Assembly: GCA_002269645.1 (NCBI GenBank)
Contig: NIVC01002833.1
Location: 1 to 64,000, forward strand
DNA: 64,000 nucleotides
Reading direction: 5' to 3'
Source: Macrostomum lignano
Taxonomy: Eukaryota
Positions 45,445 to 58,069 of this stretch are shown here, piece by piece. Under the pieces are notes generated by a model. It searched no databases. It worked only from the letters and a program-made list of their open reading frames with translations, and was not told the origin of the DNA. Position 1 is the first letter of the stretch. Each line of letters begins with the position of its first letter. A program made the translations under genes and the position numbers.

Positions 45445-45985
45445 GATAGCCCCAGTGTTTCCGCCCCCTCTACCCCTAACAGCCCCTGTGTTTCCGCCAC
45501 CTCTACCCCTAACAGCCCCTGTGTTTCCGCCCCTCTCTCACTGACAGCCCCAGTGTTTCCGCCCCTTCTACCCTTGACAGCCCCTGTGTTTCCGCCCCTT
45601 CTACCCCTGACAGCCCCAGTGTTTCCGCCCCTCTCTCACTGACAGCCCCAGTGTTTCCGCCCCTTCTACCCCTGACAGCCCCAGTGTTTCCGCCCCTTCT
45701 ACCCCTGACAGCCCCTGTGTTTCCGCTCCTTCTACCCCTGACAGACCCTGTGTTTCCGCCCCTCTCTCACTGACAGCCCCAGTGTTTCCACCCCTTCTAC
45801 CCCTGACAGCCCCAGTGTTACCGCCCCCTCTCTCACTGACAGCCCCAGTGTTTCCGCCCCTTCTACCCCTGACAGCCCCAGTGTTTCCGCCCCTTCTACC
45901 CCTGACAGCCCCAGTGTTTCCGCCCCTCTCTCACTGACAGCCCCAGTGTTTCCGCCCCTTCTACCCCTGACAGCCCCTGTGTTTG
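45445..45985. repeat. 33-bp minisatellite
   Basis: Unit CTACCCCTGACAGCCCCAGTGTTTCCGCCCCTT. Confidence 0.92.
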
Positions 45986-46384
45986 TCATACGCGCACAAA
46001 TTCTCAATAAGTATCTGACTACAGAGTTTTGAAACATTTTGATGATCATTGTTAAATTTTTGTACGAGCTAATAATAGAAATTTAAGCTAAAATGTACAC
46101 GATTAATAGAGCAACATGTAATGTTGATAGTTGGTCCACATGTAATGTACTACATGCATAATACGCTTTATAGGAACTCTGCTAACGTACATTGACAGTG
46201 CTACTCATTGCCTCTGTCTTGCAGTAGTACTACACTTCTTGATTATATTCACATTCGCCCATTCAAATATTACCGTTAGTTGCACGCAATTTAAAATATA
46301 TTGTATTATGTTTCATTCAAGTGAGAAGTTTCTATTGTGAAGAAATCTTTTAATAGCTAACCCACTGAGCTCCGCCACCAACTC

Positions 46385-47020
46385 TACTAGACCCGTAAAC
46401 CCTCAACACTCAGCCCCTCAACCCCTCTCAATACCTCAAACCCTCAACCCCTCTCAACACTCAGCCCCTCAACCCCTCTCAACACTCAGCCCCTCAACCC
46501 CTCTCAACACCTCAAACCCTCAACCCCTCAATCCTTCAACCCCAACCCTTAACCCCCCAACCCTCAACCCCTCGACCCCTCGACCCCTCAATCCCTCAAC
46601 CCCTCCCTCAACCCTTCAACCCTTCAACCCCTCAACCCCTCAACCCCTCGACCCCTCAACCCCTCAACCCCTCAACCCCTCAACCCCTCAACCTCTCGAC
46701 CCCTCGACCCCTCGACCCTCGACCCCTCAACCCCTCAACCCCTCAACCCTTCAACCCCTCAACCCCTCAACCCCTCAACCCCTCAACCCCTCAACCCCTC
46801 AACCCCTCAACCCTCAACCCCTCAACCCCTCAACCCCTCAACCCCTCCACCCCTCGACTCCTCAACCCCTCAACCCCTCAGCCCTCAACCCTCAACCCCT
46901 CAACCCCTCAACCCCTCCACCCCTCGACTCCTCCACCCCTCAACCCCTCAACCCCTCAACTTCTCAACCCCTGAACCCTTCCACCCCTCAAGCCCTCAAT
47001 ACTTAAATCCTTCAACCCCT
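46385..47020. repeat. (CCCCTCAA)n 8-bp C-rich array
   Basis: The minus strand reads (TTGAGGGG)n. Confidence 0.9.
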
Positions 47021-47549
47021 TACCCACAAAAATAAATATATAAAGACAGCTCACAATTGCATGACCAGAAAAATATAATGCCAAGTAGTAAAATAGACTC
47101 TTAAAAATTAAGTGCAGAGAAATTATATTTGCACAATTCGATTCGATTTTAACTAATCATTTAAAAGTTCCAGAAGAAAGGCACACAGTTCAGGGGTTGG
47201 AGCAGCTAATCGGCCTTCCGTGCTTTGCCAAATTAATTTAAGGCTTGAGCATGAAAATTGGGTCCCAGATCTTTTTCTTCAATTCACGCCCACGAGGCCT
47301 GACCCCCCAAGGCACAGAGAGTGTGCGAGATCGTGCAGACTGACTGACTAATCAAGATTTAAAATAGTTTAAGAAATACAAATATCAGTTTCAAGAATGC
47401 AAATATAAGTTTAGATATTTTTGAAAAAGAAATAACGTTATTTCGTTTTTAATTTCTTATTTAAAGGCATTAAAACATTTTTATCTTAAAAGGCATCGGG
47501 AATTATTTGTTCACAGTTTCTGCAATTCAACTGTAATTATCTTGGCTCA

Positions 47550-47723
47550 ATTCATCATCATCATTATCATCATCATCATCATCATCCTCATCATCATCAT
47601 CATCCTCATCATCATCATCATAATCATCATAATCATCAGCATCATCATCATCATCATCATTATCATCATCATCATCATCATCCTCATCATCATCATCATC
47701 ATCCTCATCATCATCATCATCAT

Positions 47724-47755
<32 letters not shown>

Positions 47756-47756
47756 G

Positions 47757-47788
<32 letters not shown>

Positions 47789-48083
47789 GCATCAAAATCA
47801 TCCTCATCATCATCATCATCATCCTCATCATCATCATCATAATCCTCATCATCATCAGCATCATCATCATCAGCATCATCATCATCAGTATCATCATCAT
47901 CATCATCATCATCCTCATCATCATCATCATAATCCTCATCATCATCAGCATCATCATCATCAGCATCATCATCATCAGTATCATCATCATCATCATCATC
48001 ATCAGCATCAAAATCATCATCATCATCAGCATCAGCACTATCATCATCTTCACTGGCTTCAGCATCAGCACCAGCATCATCAT
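47550..48083. repeat. (ATC)n trinucleotide tract
   Basis: About 175 triplets abutting the CAP gene stop codon. Confidence 0.95.
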
Positions 48084-48084
48084 G

Positions 48085-51000
48085 TCATCCCAGGCGCGAC
48101 AGCAAAGCAGCAGCTGTGAGTCCACCGACCCAGCCTCCGGCACTGATGAAGCCGTTTGAAGCCGAGTTCTGATTATAGCCGAACATGGCATCAGCAACTG
48201 ACTTGTAGTCGGTCACAGAGCTGACGCTGACGCCGGGTAGACCGCCGCTGATTGAAGAGTTTCCAGAGTTGATGGAGGCGGTCAGAGCGCTGGCTGAGAG
48301 ACTGCTGCCTGAGGCTGCGGAAGCTGCAAATCGTTTACGTTGAATGCTTAGCGTTTCTACTGAAACTGCACCAACCTACTACACCCACTCCGCTCCTACA
48401 CCCACCCCACTCCTGCACCCACCCCACTCCTGCACCCACCCACTCCTGCACCCACCTCACTCCTGCACCCACCTCACTCCTGCACCCACCTCACTCCTGC
48501 ACCCACCCCACTGCTGCACCCACCTCACTCCTGCACCCACCTCACTCCTGTACCCACCACACTCTTGCACCCACCCCACTCCTGCACCCACCTCACTCCT
48601 GCACCCACCCCATTCCTACACCAACCTCACAAGAGGTCGTCAATTTCAGCAATCAAACTTTGTCCGCCTACCTGCCCGCTTCTTTCGTCCACTTCCGGCG
48701 GCAGAGGAGGCGCATAGACTGTTTCCGGTCGGGGGCTCAGCATAGACGGCAACCTCAAGGTCGCCCGAGTCAGCTGTTTTAATCGAGTAGTCCACGTAGT
48801 AGAGTTCAGCTGAGGACAGCAGAGTTGTGGAGGCCAGGTCGCCAGCCCCGCTGCTGGAGACAATCGGGCAGCAACGGGCGGGATCGGCTCGGCAGAAGGT
48901 GTTGATGGCGGAGGCCAGCAAGGTTCGCAGGGTGGGCCAGACATCGCGGACGAACTGGGGAAGTGTTGGAAGATAGGTAGTGATCTTTCGGTTCATATTT
49001 GTTTATCGATAATCCAATAGCATCCGCCCATTATTTCTGGTCCCATCCTGCAGCATCCGCCCCCTCATTTCCGGTCCCATCCTAAAGCATCCACCCCTCA
49101 TTTCCGGTCCCAACCTAAAGCATCCGCCCCTCATTTCCAGTCCCAACCTAAAGCATCCGCCCTCTCATTTTCGGTCCCATCCTGCAGCATCCGCTCCCTC
49201 ATTTCCGGTCCCAACCTAAAGCATCCGCCCCTCATTTCCGGTTCTATCTTGCAGCATCCGCTCCTCATTTCCGGTCCCATACTATAGCATCCGCTCCCTC
49301 ATTTCCAGTCCCATCCTGCAGCATCCGCTCCCTCATTTCCGGTCCCATCCTGCAGCACCCGCTCCCTCATTTCCGGTCCCATCCTACAGCTTAATAGCTC
49401 AATTTCCGGTTCAATCACCGGAAACAGAAGATAAGCCGGTTGTATCCCTGATTCCCTCATCATCTCCCCAGCTGCTCACCCCGCCGTATCCCAGCGGCAC
49501 TCGGGCGCAGCTGCTGCCGGTGCAGAAGTCGAAGCTGCTGCGCAGTCGCAGCAGCACCCCGTTGGAGTAAGCCGTCACGGCCAGCTGGCACCGGGGCCCG
49601 GTGAAATTTGCCGGGCACCGGCAGGCGCTGCAGCTGGAGTTGTCGGACTCGACGCCGCCGTTCAGGCAGGGCGTGCCGGCTGCCGCGCAGGCACCGCAGG
49701 TTGAAGGCGGCCCAGCCGACAGGGACGGCTTTGCTGTGAGCAAGTTTAATTTAGATGGCCCTTTGCAAATTTTTCTACTGTTAGTAGGAATACTGATTCT
49801 TCCCCATGTTCCTCTCCTTTTTCATCTCTCTCTCCTTCCACATCTCCTTCTCCATCTCCTCCACCTCCCTCTTCTTCCCCATTTCCCTCTTCATCCCCAC
49901 CTCCCTCTTTATCCCTACCTCTCTCTCCTTCCCCATCTCCTTTTCCATCACCATCTCCCTCTCCTTCCCCATCTCCTTCTCCATCACCATCTCCCTCTCC
50001 TTCCCCATCTCCTTCTCCTTCCCCATCTCCCTCTCCTTCCCCATCTCCCTCTCCTTCCCCATCTCCCTCTCCTTCCCCATCTCCCTCTCCTTCCCCATCT
50101 CCCTCTCCTTCCCCATCTCCCTCTCCTTCCCCATCTCCCTCTCCTTCCCCATCTCCCTCTCCTTCCCCATCTCCCTCTCCTTCCCCATCTCCCTCTCCTT
50201 CCCCATCGCCAATCCCACGCAGCGAACGCTACTCACTGGAGCAGTCGCTACCCGCATAGCCGACAGGGCAATCGCACTGGCAGACGGGCACTGGCGAGGC
50301 GGTCCGATTATCTATGGCCGAGCCGCAGTTTTTGCAGACCACGGAGCAGGCTAAAATACGTGATTCAGTTGAAAATTTTGCCTTATAAAGTTTACTGCGC
50401 TACATATCGGCGAGTTGATTGAATTTTGAAATTATGGCTTAGATCAAACTGTCAATCATTCTATGACTCATTATGACTTACCAGGATTTCCTTCGCGTGC
50501 TATGAGCTGAGCGTCAGTGGCCAGGCTGCCATTAACACAAAGTCCATTTAGGCAGTAGCCAGCAGTTGTGGGGCAGGCTGAGCATGGCTCACCGGCCGTG
50601 TAGATGTGGCTGGGGTACCTGCGGCAGTTTGACAACTGATGACTTAGCGTTCTCCAACGCTCTTACCTACATCCAATGTCTCTCTTTTCCAACACCCTTA
50701 CCCCCAATGTGCATGCCTCCCTTCTCTAACACCCTTACTTCGATGTACATGGCCTCTCTTCCCTAACACCCTTAACCCTAATGTACATGACCTCCCTTCT
50801 CTAACACCCTTACCCCGATGTACATGGCCTCTCCTCTCCAACACCCTTACCCCCGATGTACATGGCCTCTCCTCTCCAACACCCTTACCCCCGATGTACA
50901 ATGCCTCTCCTCTCCAACACCCTTACCCCCGATGTACATGGCCTCTCCTCTCCAACACCCTTACCCCCGATGTACATGGCCTCTCCTCTCCAACACCCTT

Positions 51001-52480
51001 ACCCCCGATGTACATGGCCTCTCCTCTGCAACACCCATACCCCCGATGAAAATGGCCTTATGAGATTGGCGATGAGTTTGGTTTCTTGTAAATTGGTTTT
51101 TTCAGGTGAATTGTTTCCGCTTTACTGTATATATGAAATTTAATCGTTAGAACAGAGAGGTTGGCTTCCGTTAGTTCATTGAGGCTGGCTTTCGTTAAGT
51201 CATTGAGGTTGGTTTCTGTTTGGTTATTGAGGTTGGTTTCTGTTTGGTTATTGAGGTTGGTTTCTGTTTGGTCATAGAGGTTGGTTTCCGTTTGGTCATA
51301 GAGGTTGGTTTCTGTTTGGTCATTGGGATTGGTTTCCATCGGTTTTATCGAAGTTGGGTTCCATGAAGGTCATTGGCGTTGATTAACATTGAGGTTAGAT
51401 TCCACAGGGTCATTCCAACGTTTTCATAGATGTCATTGAGATTGATTTCTATTGGTCATTGATTTGGGCTACCATCGGTACATTGGGATCATATTCTTAA
51501 GGGTCATTAGAGCTGCCTACCAAGCTCCCACTCCCCACCAAACTCACATCCTGTTGTACTCGCAGAACATCAGGAACTTGTTAGTGGCGCACTCCGCAAT
51601 GGCGCAGCCAACCTCGGACACTGCGGCGCCCACCAGCTGAATGTAGTGCCCGCACTGCTTCAAGTTCAGCGAGTTGCTCAGGTCGCAAGCTTTTCTCGGG
51701 TAGTCGTAGGCCAATTTCTCCATGAAGAAGAAGGTCAGGATGTCGGTCAGGTTGGTCCGAAAGCCTTGGTAGATGTTCTCGCCCAAGTTCTGATATGGTC
51801 CGTTGTAGTTGTGCTCGAATACACAGCGATTGGCCGCCTGCTGAGCCAGCTCTTCCAGGTAGGGGTTCCACGTCTGGGGTGTTGAAGAAGAGAAGCCATG
51901 TACATTGGGGGTAAGGATTTTGGAGAAGAGAGGACTGTACATTGGGGAGAGGGTGTTGGAGAAGAGAGGCCACGTACATTGGGGGTAAGGGTTTTGGAGA
52001 AGAGAGGACATGTAGATTGGGGGTAAGGGTTTCGAGGAAGAGAGACCATGTACATCGGGGGTAAGGGTGTTGGGGAAGAGAGGCCTTGTACATTGAGGTA
52101 AGGGTGTTGGAGGAGAGAGGCCAATAACATTTGGGTAAGGGTGTTAGACGAGAGAGGCTATGTACATTGGGGTAAGGGTGTTGGAGGAGAGAGGCCATGT
52201 ACATTGGGGGTAAGTGTGCTGGAGAAGAGAGGCTATGCATTGTTGTACGCTCGAACGCACACCTGGGGTAGGGAAGCAAAGATGATCGAACCAGATCAGA
52301 AAAAGCCAACTTTACCAGAAAGTTCATGTCAGCAGCGGAGGGTGAGACGGAGCGCCTAAGGCGGTTGTGCGTGTCGAGAGCTTCGGTTTTCTGGGCTGGC
52401 GTCAGCACGAGGCCGCTGGCGCCCACAGTGAGCGGCAGGCAAAGCAGGAACAAAAGCGCGTGACGGCGCTCCAGCTGCAT
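48085..52480 (-). CDS. CAP (SCP/TAPS/CRISP) domain, Cys-rich hinge, 2 EGF-like domains, RKKR site and GPI-like C-terminus, 505 aa
   Basis: Exons 52480-52316, 51873-51548, 50618-50482, 50350-50237, 49733-49480, 48954-48672, 48323-48085 total 1518 nt and are open. Motifs: [70 protein letters not shown]. Confidence 0.88.
48385..48630. repeat. 17-bp C-rich minisatellite
   Basis: CCCACCTCACTCCTGCA units. Confidence 0.88.
49020..49390. repeat. ~34-bp minisatellite
   Basis: GCATCCGCTCCCTCATTTCCGGTCCCATCCTGCA units. Confidence 0.88.
49805..50206. repeat. 18-bp polypyrimidine minisatellite
   Basis: Unit CTCCCTCTCCTTCCCCAT. Confidence 0.92.
50690..51050. repeat. 38-bp minisatellite (inverted partner of 51885-52240)
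   Basis: Unit CTCTCCTCTCCAACACCCTTACCCCCGATGTACATGGC. Confidence 0.9.
51185..51340. repeat. 24-bp minisatellite
   Basis: GAGGTTGGTTTCTGTTTGGT(T/C)AT(T/A) units. Confidence 0.8.
51885..52240. repeat. 38-bp minisatellite (inverted partner of 50690-51050)
   Basis: Units like GGCCATGTACATTGGGGGTAAGGGTGTTGGAGAAGAGA. Confidence 0.88.
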
Positions 52481-52579
52481 CTCTGCTAATTTTCTAGCTT
52501 ATCTGCAATGAACTGCATTGGAAAATGGTGAAAGGTTGGGTAATTATTTAATTGATTGAATGATTACTTGATTGATTGA

Positions 52580-53340
<761 letters not shown>

Positions 53341-53450
53341 AGGTTACCTGTATTGCAGCTCTTCAAACCTCCTCAGACGGGATGGGCTGCTCAACCCCAT
53401 TCTCAGCGATATTTATCATGCAGGCTGGGGCTTTCATGAATGGTTGCTCA

Positions 53451-53464
53451 GTTGCCATGGCAAC
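53451..53464. promoter_or_regulatory. RFX X-box, perfect palindrome GTTGCCATGGCAAC
   Basis: Exact match to the X-box consensus GTNRCC(N0-3)RGYAAC, about 1 kb upstream of the CAP gene ATG. Confidence 0.5.
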
Positions 53465-53791
53465 ACTCCTCACTTACCCAGCTTCCTGCTTCTCTCCCGC
53501 ATATGCCCAGCTCCTTGTTTCTTCTGCCTCAGGTTCTTGCATTTGCACTTAATCCCAAGGCGAAGTGCTTGGCAAGATTTTTTATTCGATACTTTTCTGA
53601 CTTTGTTTGAATTCTTGAGCGACTACGCTCGTAATTCTGCCTGCTACTCCAAGCAGATGAAGGCAGCTTTAAATACAGAAAAGTGCAATGACAGAAAGAT
53701 GAGATGAGAATTCTTGTTTTGCCACAAGGTGAGGCAAAAGGAGAATAATAAAACTGTACCAGACTTGCGATGCTGTTTGCTTTCGCATCTG

Positions 53792-53806
53792 GTTGCCATG
53801 GGTAAC
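53792..53806. promoter_or_regulatory. RFX X-box variant GTTGCCATGGGTAAC
   Basis: Matches GTNRCC-N3-RGYAAC, 340 bp from the first X-box. Confidence 0.45.
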
Positions 53807-54044
53807 CATTTCCTAGCATTGCTTGAGCAGGTAGCTGAGCAAGCAGCCTCTGTTCCCGGCTGGTCTGGCAGGTGTGAAGGAAATGATTTCTCAGAAGCTG
53901 CAGCTGCTGCTATCGCCATGGTGAAAGGAAATTTTGTCTGAGCTCGGCTGCTCCGTTGTGTCAACAAATGATTGACATTTTTAAACCCTTTCTCCTTTAG
54001 CTAGTCTTGGGTAAATAAGCCTAGCTTTTACTGCATTGATTAGT

Positions 54045-54073
54045 TAGCTAGTTAGTTAGTTAGTTAGTTAGTC

Positions 54074-54112
<39 letters not shown>

Positions 54113-54113
54113 C

Positions 54114-54164
<51 letters not shown>

Positions 54165-54169
54165 CAGTC

Positions 54170-54252
<83 letters not shown>

Positions 54253-54269
54253 CAGTTAGTTAGTTAGTC

Positions 54270-54312
<43 letters not shown>

Positions 54313-54313
54313 C

Positions 54314-54388
<75 letters not shown>

Positions 54389-54389
54389 C

Positions 54390-54444
<55 letters not shown>

Positions 54445-54465
54445 CAGTTAGTTAGTTAGTTAGTC

Positions 54466-54508
<43 letters not shown>

Positions 54509-54512
54509 CAGT
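54045..54512. repeat. (TTAG)n microsatellite
   Basis: Nearly pure run with TCAG variants. Confidence 0.97.
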
Positions 54513-54949
54513 TACTAAGAAGGGGGCGAGCAGGAGCAGACAGGCAGCTTCTTCGCAGTGGATGTTTTTAGATGTTTTCTACCTGTCAATCAAATTCGCC
54601 ATATGCGCCGCGATTCCCCCTCAGCAGACAGTTTCTTCTTGAAAGTAGAAACTGAGTTACGGAAACGCCTGGAAGGGCTTTCACTTCCCAGCTGAGCAAC
54701 AGAAACTTACAAGCCTCGCCTCTGAGCTTCATCTGAGTTTTTCTTAAGTGGCTGGGCGCCCCGGCTACAATTTCTCGCGTGTTGTCAATGAAAGCGAAGT
54801 GGCCATTCTTTCGTAGAAAGTTGTACGGCGAAACAAACAAAGTATAATTGAATAATCGACTCTACAGGGCTCTGTAACGGATTTCCATCTGCGTGTACTG
54901 CTCATAGTGCTGCATTCATTCTCTCATGAAGTAACGAACTCTTATGAAC

Positions 54950-55610
54950 ATTATGAACTCACTCATAAACTCACTCATAAACTCACTCATAAACTCACTC
55001 ATAAACTCACTCATCAACTGACTCATGAACTCACTCATAAACTCACTCATAAACTCATTCATAAACTCACTCATAAACTCACTCATGAACTGACTCATGA
55101 ACTCACTCATAAACTCACCCATAAACCCACTCATAAACTCACTCATGAACTCACTCATGAACTCACTCATAAACTCACTCATGAAGTCACTCATAAACTC
55201 ACCCATAAACCCACTCATGAAATGACTCATGAACTCACTCATAAACTCACTCATAAACTCATTCATAAACTCACTCATAAACTCACTCATGAACTGACTC
55301 ATGAACTCACTCATAAACTCACCCATAAACCCACTCATAAACTCACTCATGAACTCACTCATGAACTCACTCATAAACTCACTCATGAAGTCACTCATAA
55401 ACTCACCCATAAACCCACTCATGAAATGACTCATGAACTCACTCATAAACTCACTCATAAACTCATTCATAAACTCACTCATAAACTCACTCATGAACTG
55501 ACTTATGAACTCACTCATAAACTCACCCATAAACCCACTCATAAACTCACTCATGAAGTCACTCATAAACTCACCCATAAACCCACTCATGAACTCACTT
55601 ATGAACACAC
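54950..55610. repeat. 12-bp minisatellite ACTCATAAACTC (degenerate copy at 56390-56680)
   Basis: Directly visible tandem units. Confidence 0.93.
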
Positions 55611-58069
55611 TCATATTAAACTCCTGTTTTTCTAACTAATCAGGACAAACAATGCGCATTTAATTTCTTTTAGACTACTGCTGAACAGTAGCGGATTGAG
55701 CAAATTCCATTAAAAAGTAATGCTAGTAACTATCAATATGAATAGAGAACCCGATAAAGGCTTTAGGCAACTTGAGCAAAAATTTATGCTGGTTAAACAG
55801 GTGGGCGATGTTGATGTCCTGAGGCCATTGAGGATGATGCTGAGCTCGAGCTGCCCCATGCTCACCCGCTGTTCCTGCTAATGATAGCGATCGGTGCTGA
55901 TGATAGGGACTTAAGGGTGACTCAAAATCAAAATGCAAGTTCCAATTTCATGGCGCTGGTCAAGTCAGGCGCAATCGCGAACAGACTGGGGCTCGAATTC
56001 GGAGCTCGAAATCAGAGGGGGTGCCGCCTCGAGCTTCGGAGATGAGGGGGTGGGGTGGGTGGACAACTGACCTCCCGCTGCGTGCCGCCCCCCCCCCACT
56101 GTTGTCTCCGGACTTGGTCATCTTGGTCCCTGGCGCTTCGCTGGCTGCAGATCATGGAGTAGTGCCCCAGCCTGTAATTCTCCTGAGTTCAACTCGGCCC
56201 GTCTGTCTTGGTAAAAAGGGGCAAGCAGTGTGGCGCAGATGCTGATTAGCGATCTGAGCTGCTATCGGAATATTGAGTTGAATATCGCTTTATCAGTAAG
56301 CATATTAAACTCATTAACTAGAATTACTAATCAATCTCAGTTCACTCTCTCACTAATAAACTCACTTTCTAAATAAACTCATGAACATAAGATCATAAAC
56401 TCATTAATAAAGTCACTAATGAACTCACTCATGAACTCACTCATAAACCACATTATAAACTCACTCTTAGCCCCATTAAAAACTCCCCCATAAACCCTAT
56501 TATAAACTTACTCATAAACCTAATTATAAACTCATTCTTAAGCCCCATTGCAAACTCACTCATAAACCCCATTATAAACACACTCTTAAACCATTAAAAA
56601 AATCACTCATAAACCCATTTATAAACTCACTCAAAAACCCAACTATAAACTCACCCTTAAACTCACTCACTAACTCACTCTGATTCAAAAGCTGACTAAT
56701 AAGCTCAATCATTAAGTGAGTCGTGAGCTCACTCACTCACTCAGCAGCCGTGCCATGCCAGTCTGCCACCAGCCGCGGCAGGCAGCCCCCAAATATTCGA
56801 CCCCATCGCTTCTCCCAAACTCGAATCATCATTATAGACTTCCAGACTCGTCTCATCAAGTCTCAGCAGGCGGTCCTCGCCGCCGCGAGTCCAACGGGGG
56901 GAGGCTGGACTGGCCAGCGCGGTTTGATGAAGCTGCTCTTCGTGCGGCTTTTGATGGCCAGCTCGGGAGGAGGTCCTGGGCTCGCGTGCGACGCTGCGTC
57001 CGTCGCAAAAGCTTTCGAACTGATTTTTAAACACCTTTCTTTGGTCTGGTCCCGGTTTTTCCCCTTGTCTCTTCTTCTGCATGGTCATCGGCCGCTAACT
57101 GGGAGGCTGGGCCGCGCCGAACTGAGTTGATGAGGCTGGGGCAGATGGCGAACCTGACCCGGTTAAAAAAGTTTTTCCCAGCGGGGCGGCTGCTTCAAGG
57201 AGGCCCGTGTGGAATCTTTTCGCCAAGAAATTAGAGAGCTTCAAGTGCTCGCGACTTTGATTATGATAAAGCAGGCGCATGCAGTTTTAGAGTAGATGGG
57301 AGCATAGTAGAGTTTGATGGGGGGTCGGTGGAATCTCCCATTGATAATTATCTTTAATTTTTATCCTGTTTCTCTCCTTCACTGCCTCAAGAGCTCAAAG
57401 CCGGTATGGCTAAATTTGGAAGTCAGACTCGAAGATCAGAGAGAGGGAAGAGCAAAAGGGAGGATTCTGTGCTCCCAGGTTCCGTGGAAAATTGGCTCCA
57501 TCTGGCCGCTAACAGGTTCCCTCGGCCCAGCATCCCCGGGCTCCAACACCCGCCACCGGCTGAGGACGCAGCGAGCGTTTTAAGCTCGAGCCGATGGGGA
57601 GGGAAACTCGCTCATGATTTCTGGGCTATTGCGCTAATCACTGGAGTGGGGAGGTGGGAGAGCAAGGGCTACCTGATGAAGGCGAGGGAGCGGGAACTCA
57701 CACACACACACACGCGCGCGCGCACATACATCTGCATGCTCGAGTTCACCCTGCAGTGCCTTGGCGATTTTTGGGAGATCCGAGCTGAGTCCTCGTCCAT
57801 CCAACTCCTCTTCCTCCTTCTAATTACTTTAGCAGCCTTAAATCGGGCCCAAAAACCTGATGGGAATGTTGAGATTCGGCGAAAGGTCCAGAAGCACCTG
57901 GTAAAGGCTCTTGAGCGAAACCTTGCTCAGGATACACAGTCCCCGGACCAAAGTTTTTGCGGCTGGGCTGATCCACTTGGAGATCTCATCGATCCTTATG
58001 CGTGTCCAACTGTCTCTGCCGGGCGCCATGCATCAGTTTGTTGCTGCGGGACTGCACTTCTGCGTGTCT

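Noticed and set aside
47542-48197. Poly-Ile and poly-Met proteins
   Set aside because: Translations of an (ATC)n microsatellite.
54045-54512. Interstitial telomere from (TTAG)n, also (CCCCTCAA)n at 46385
   Set aside because: Neither matches TTAGGG or TTAGG; these are ordinary simple repeats.
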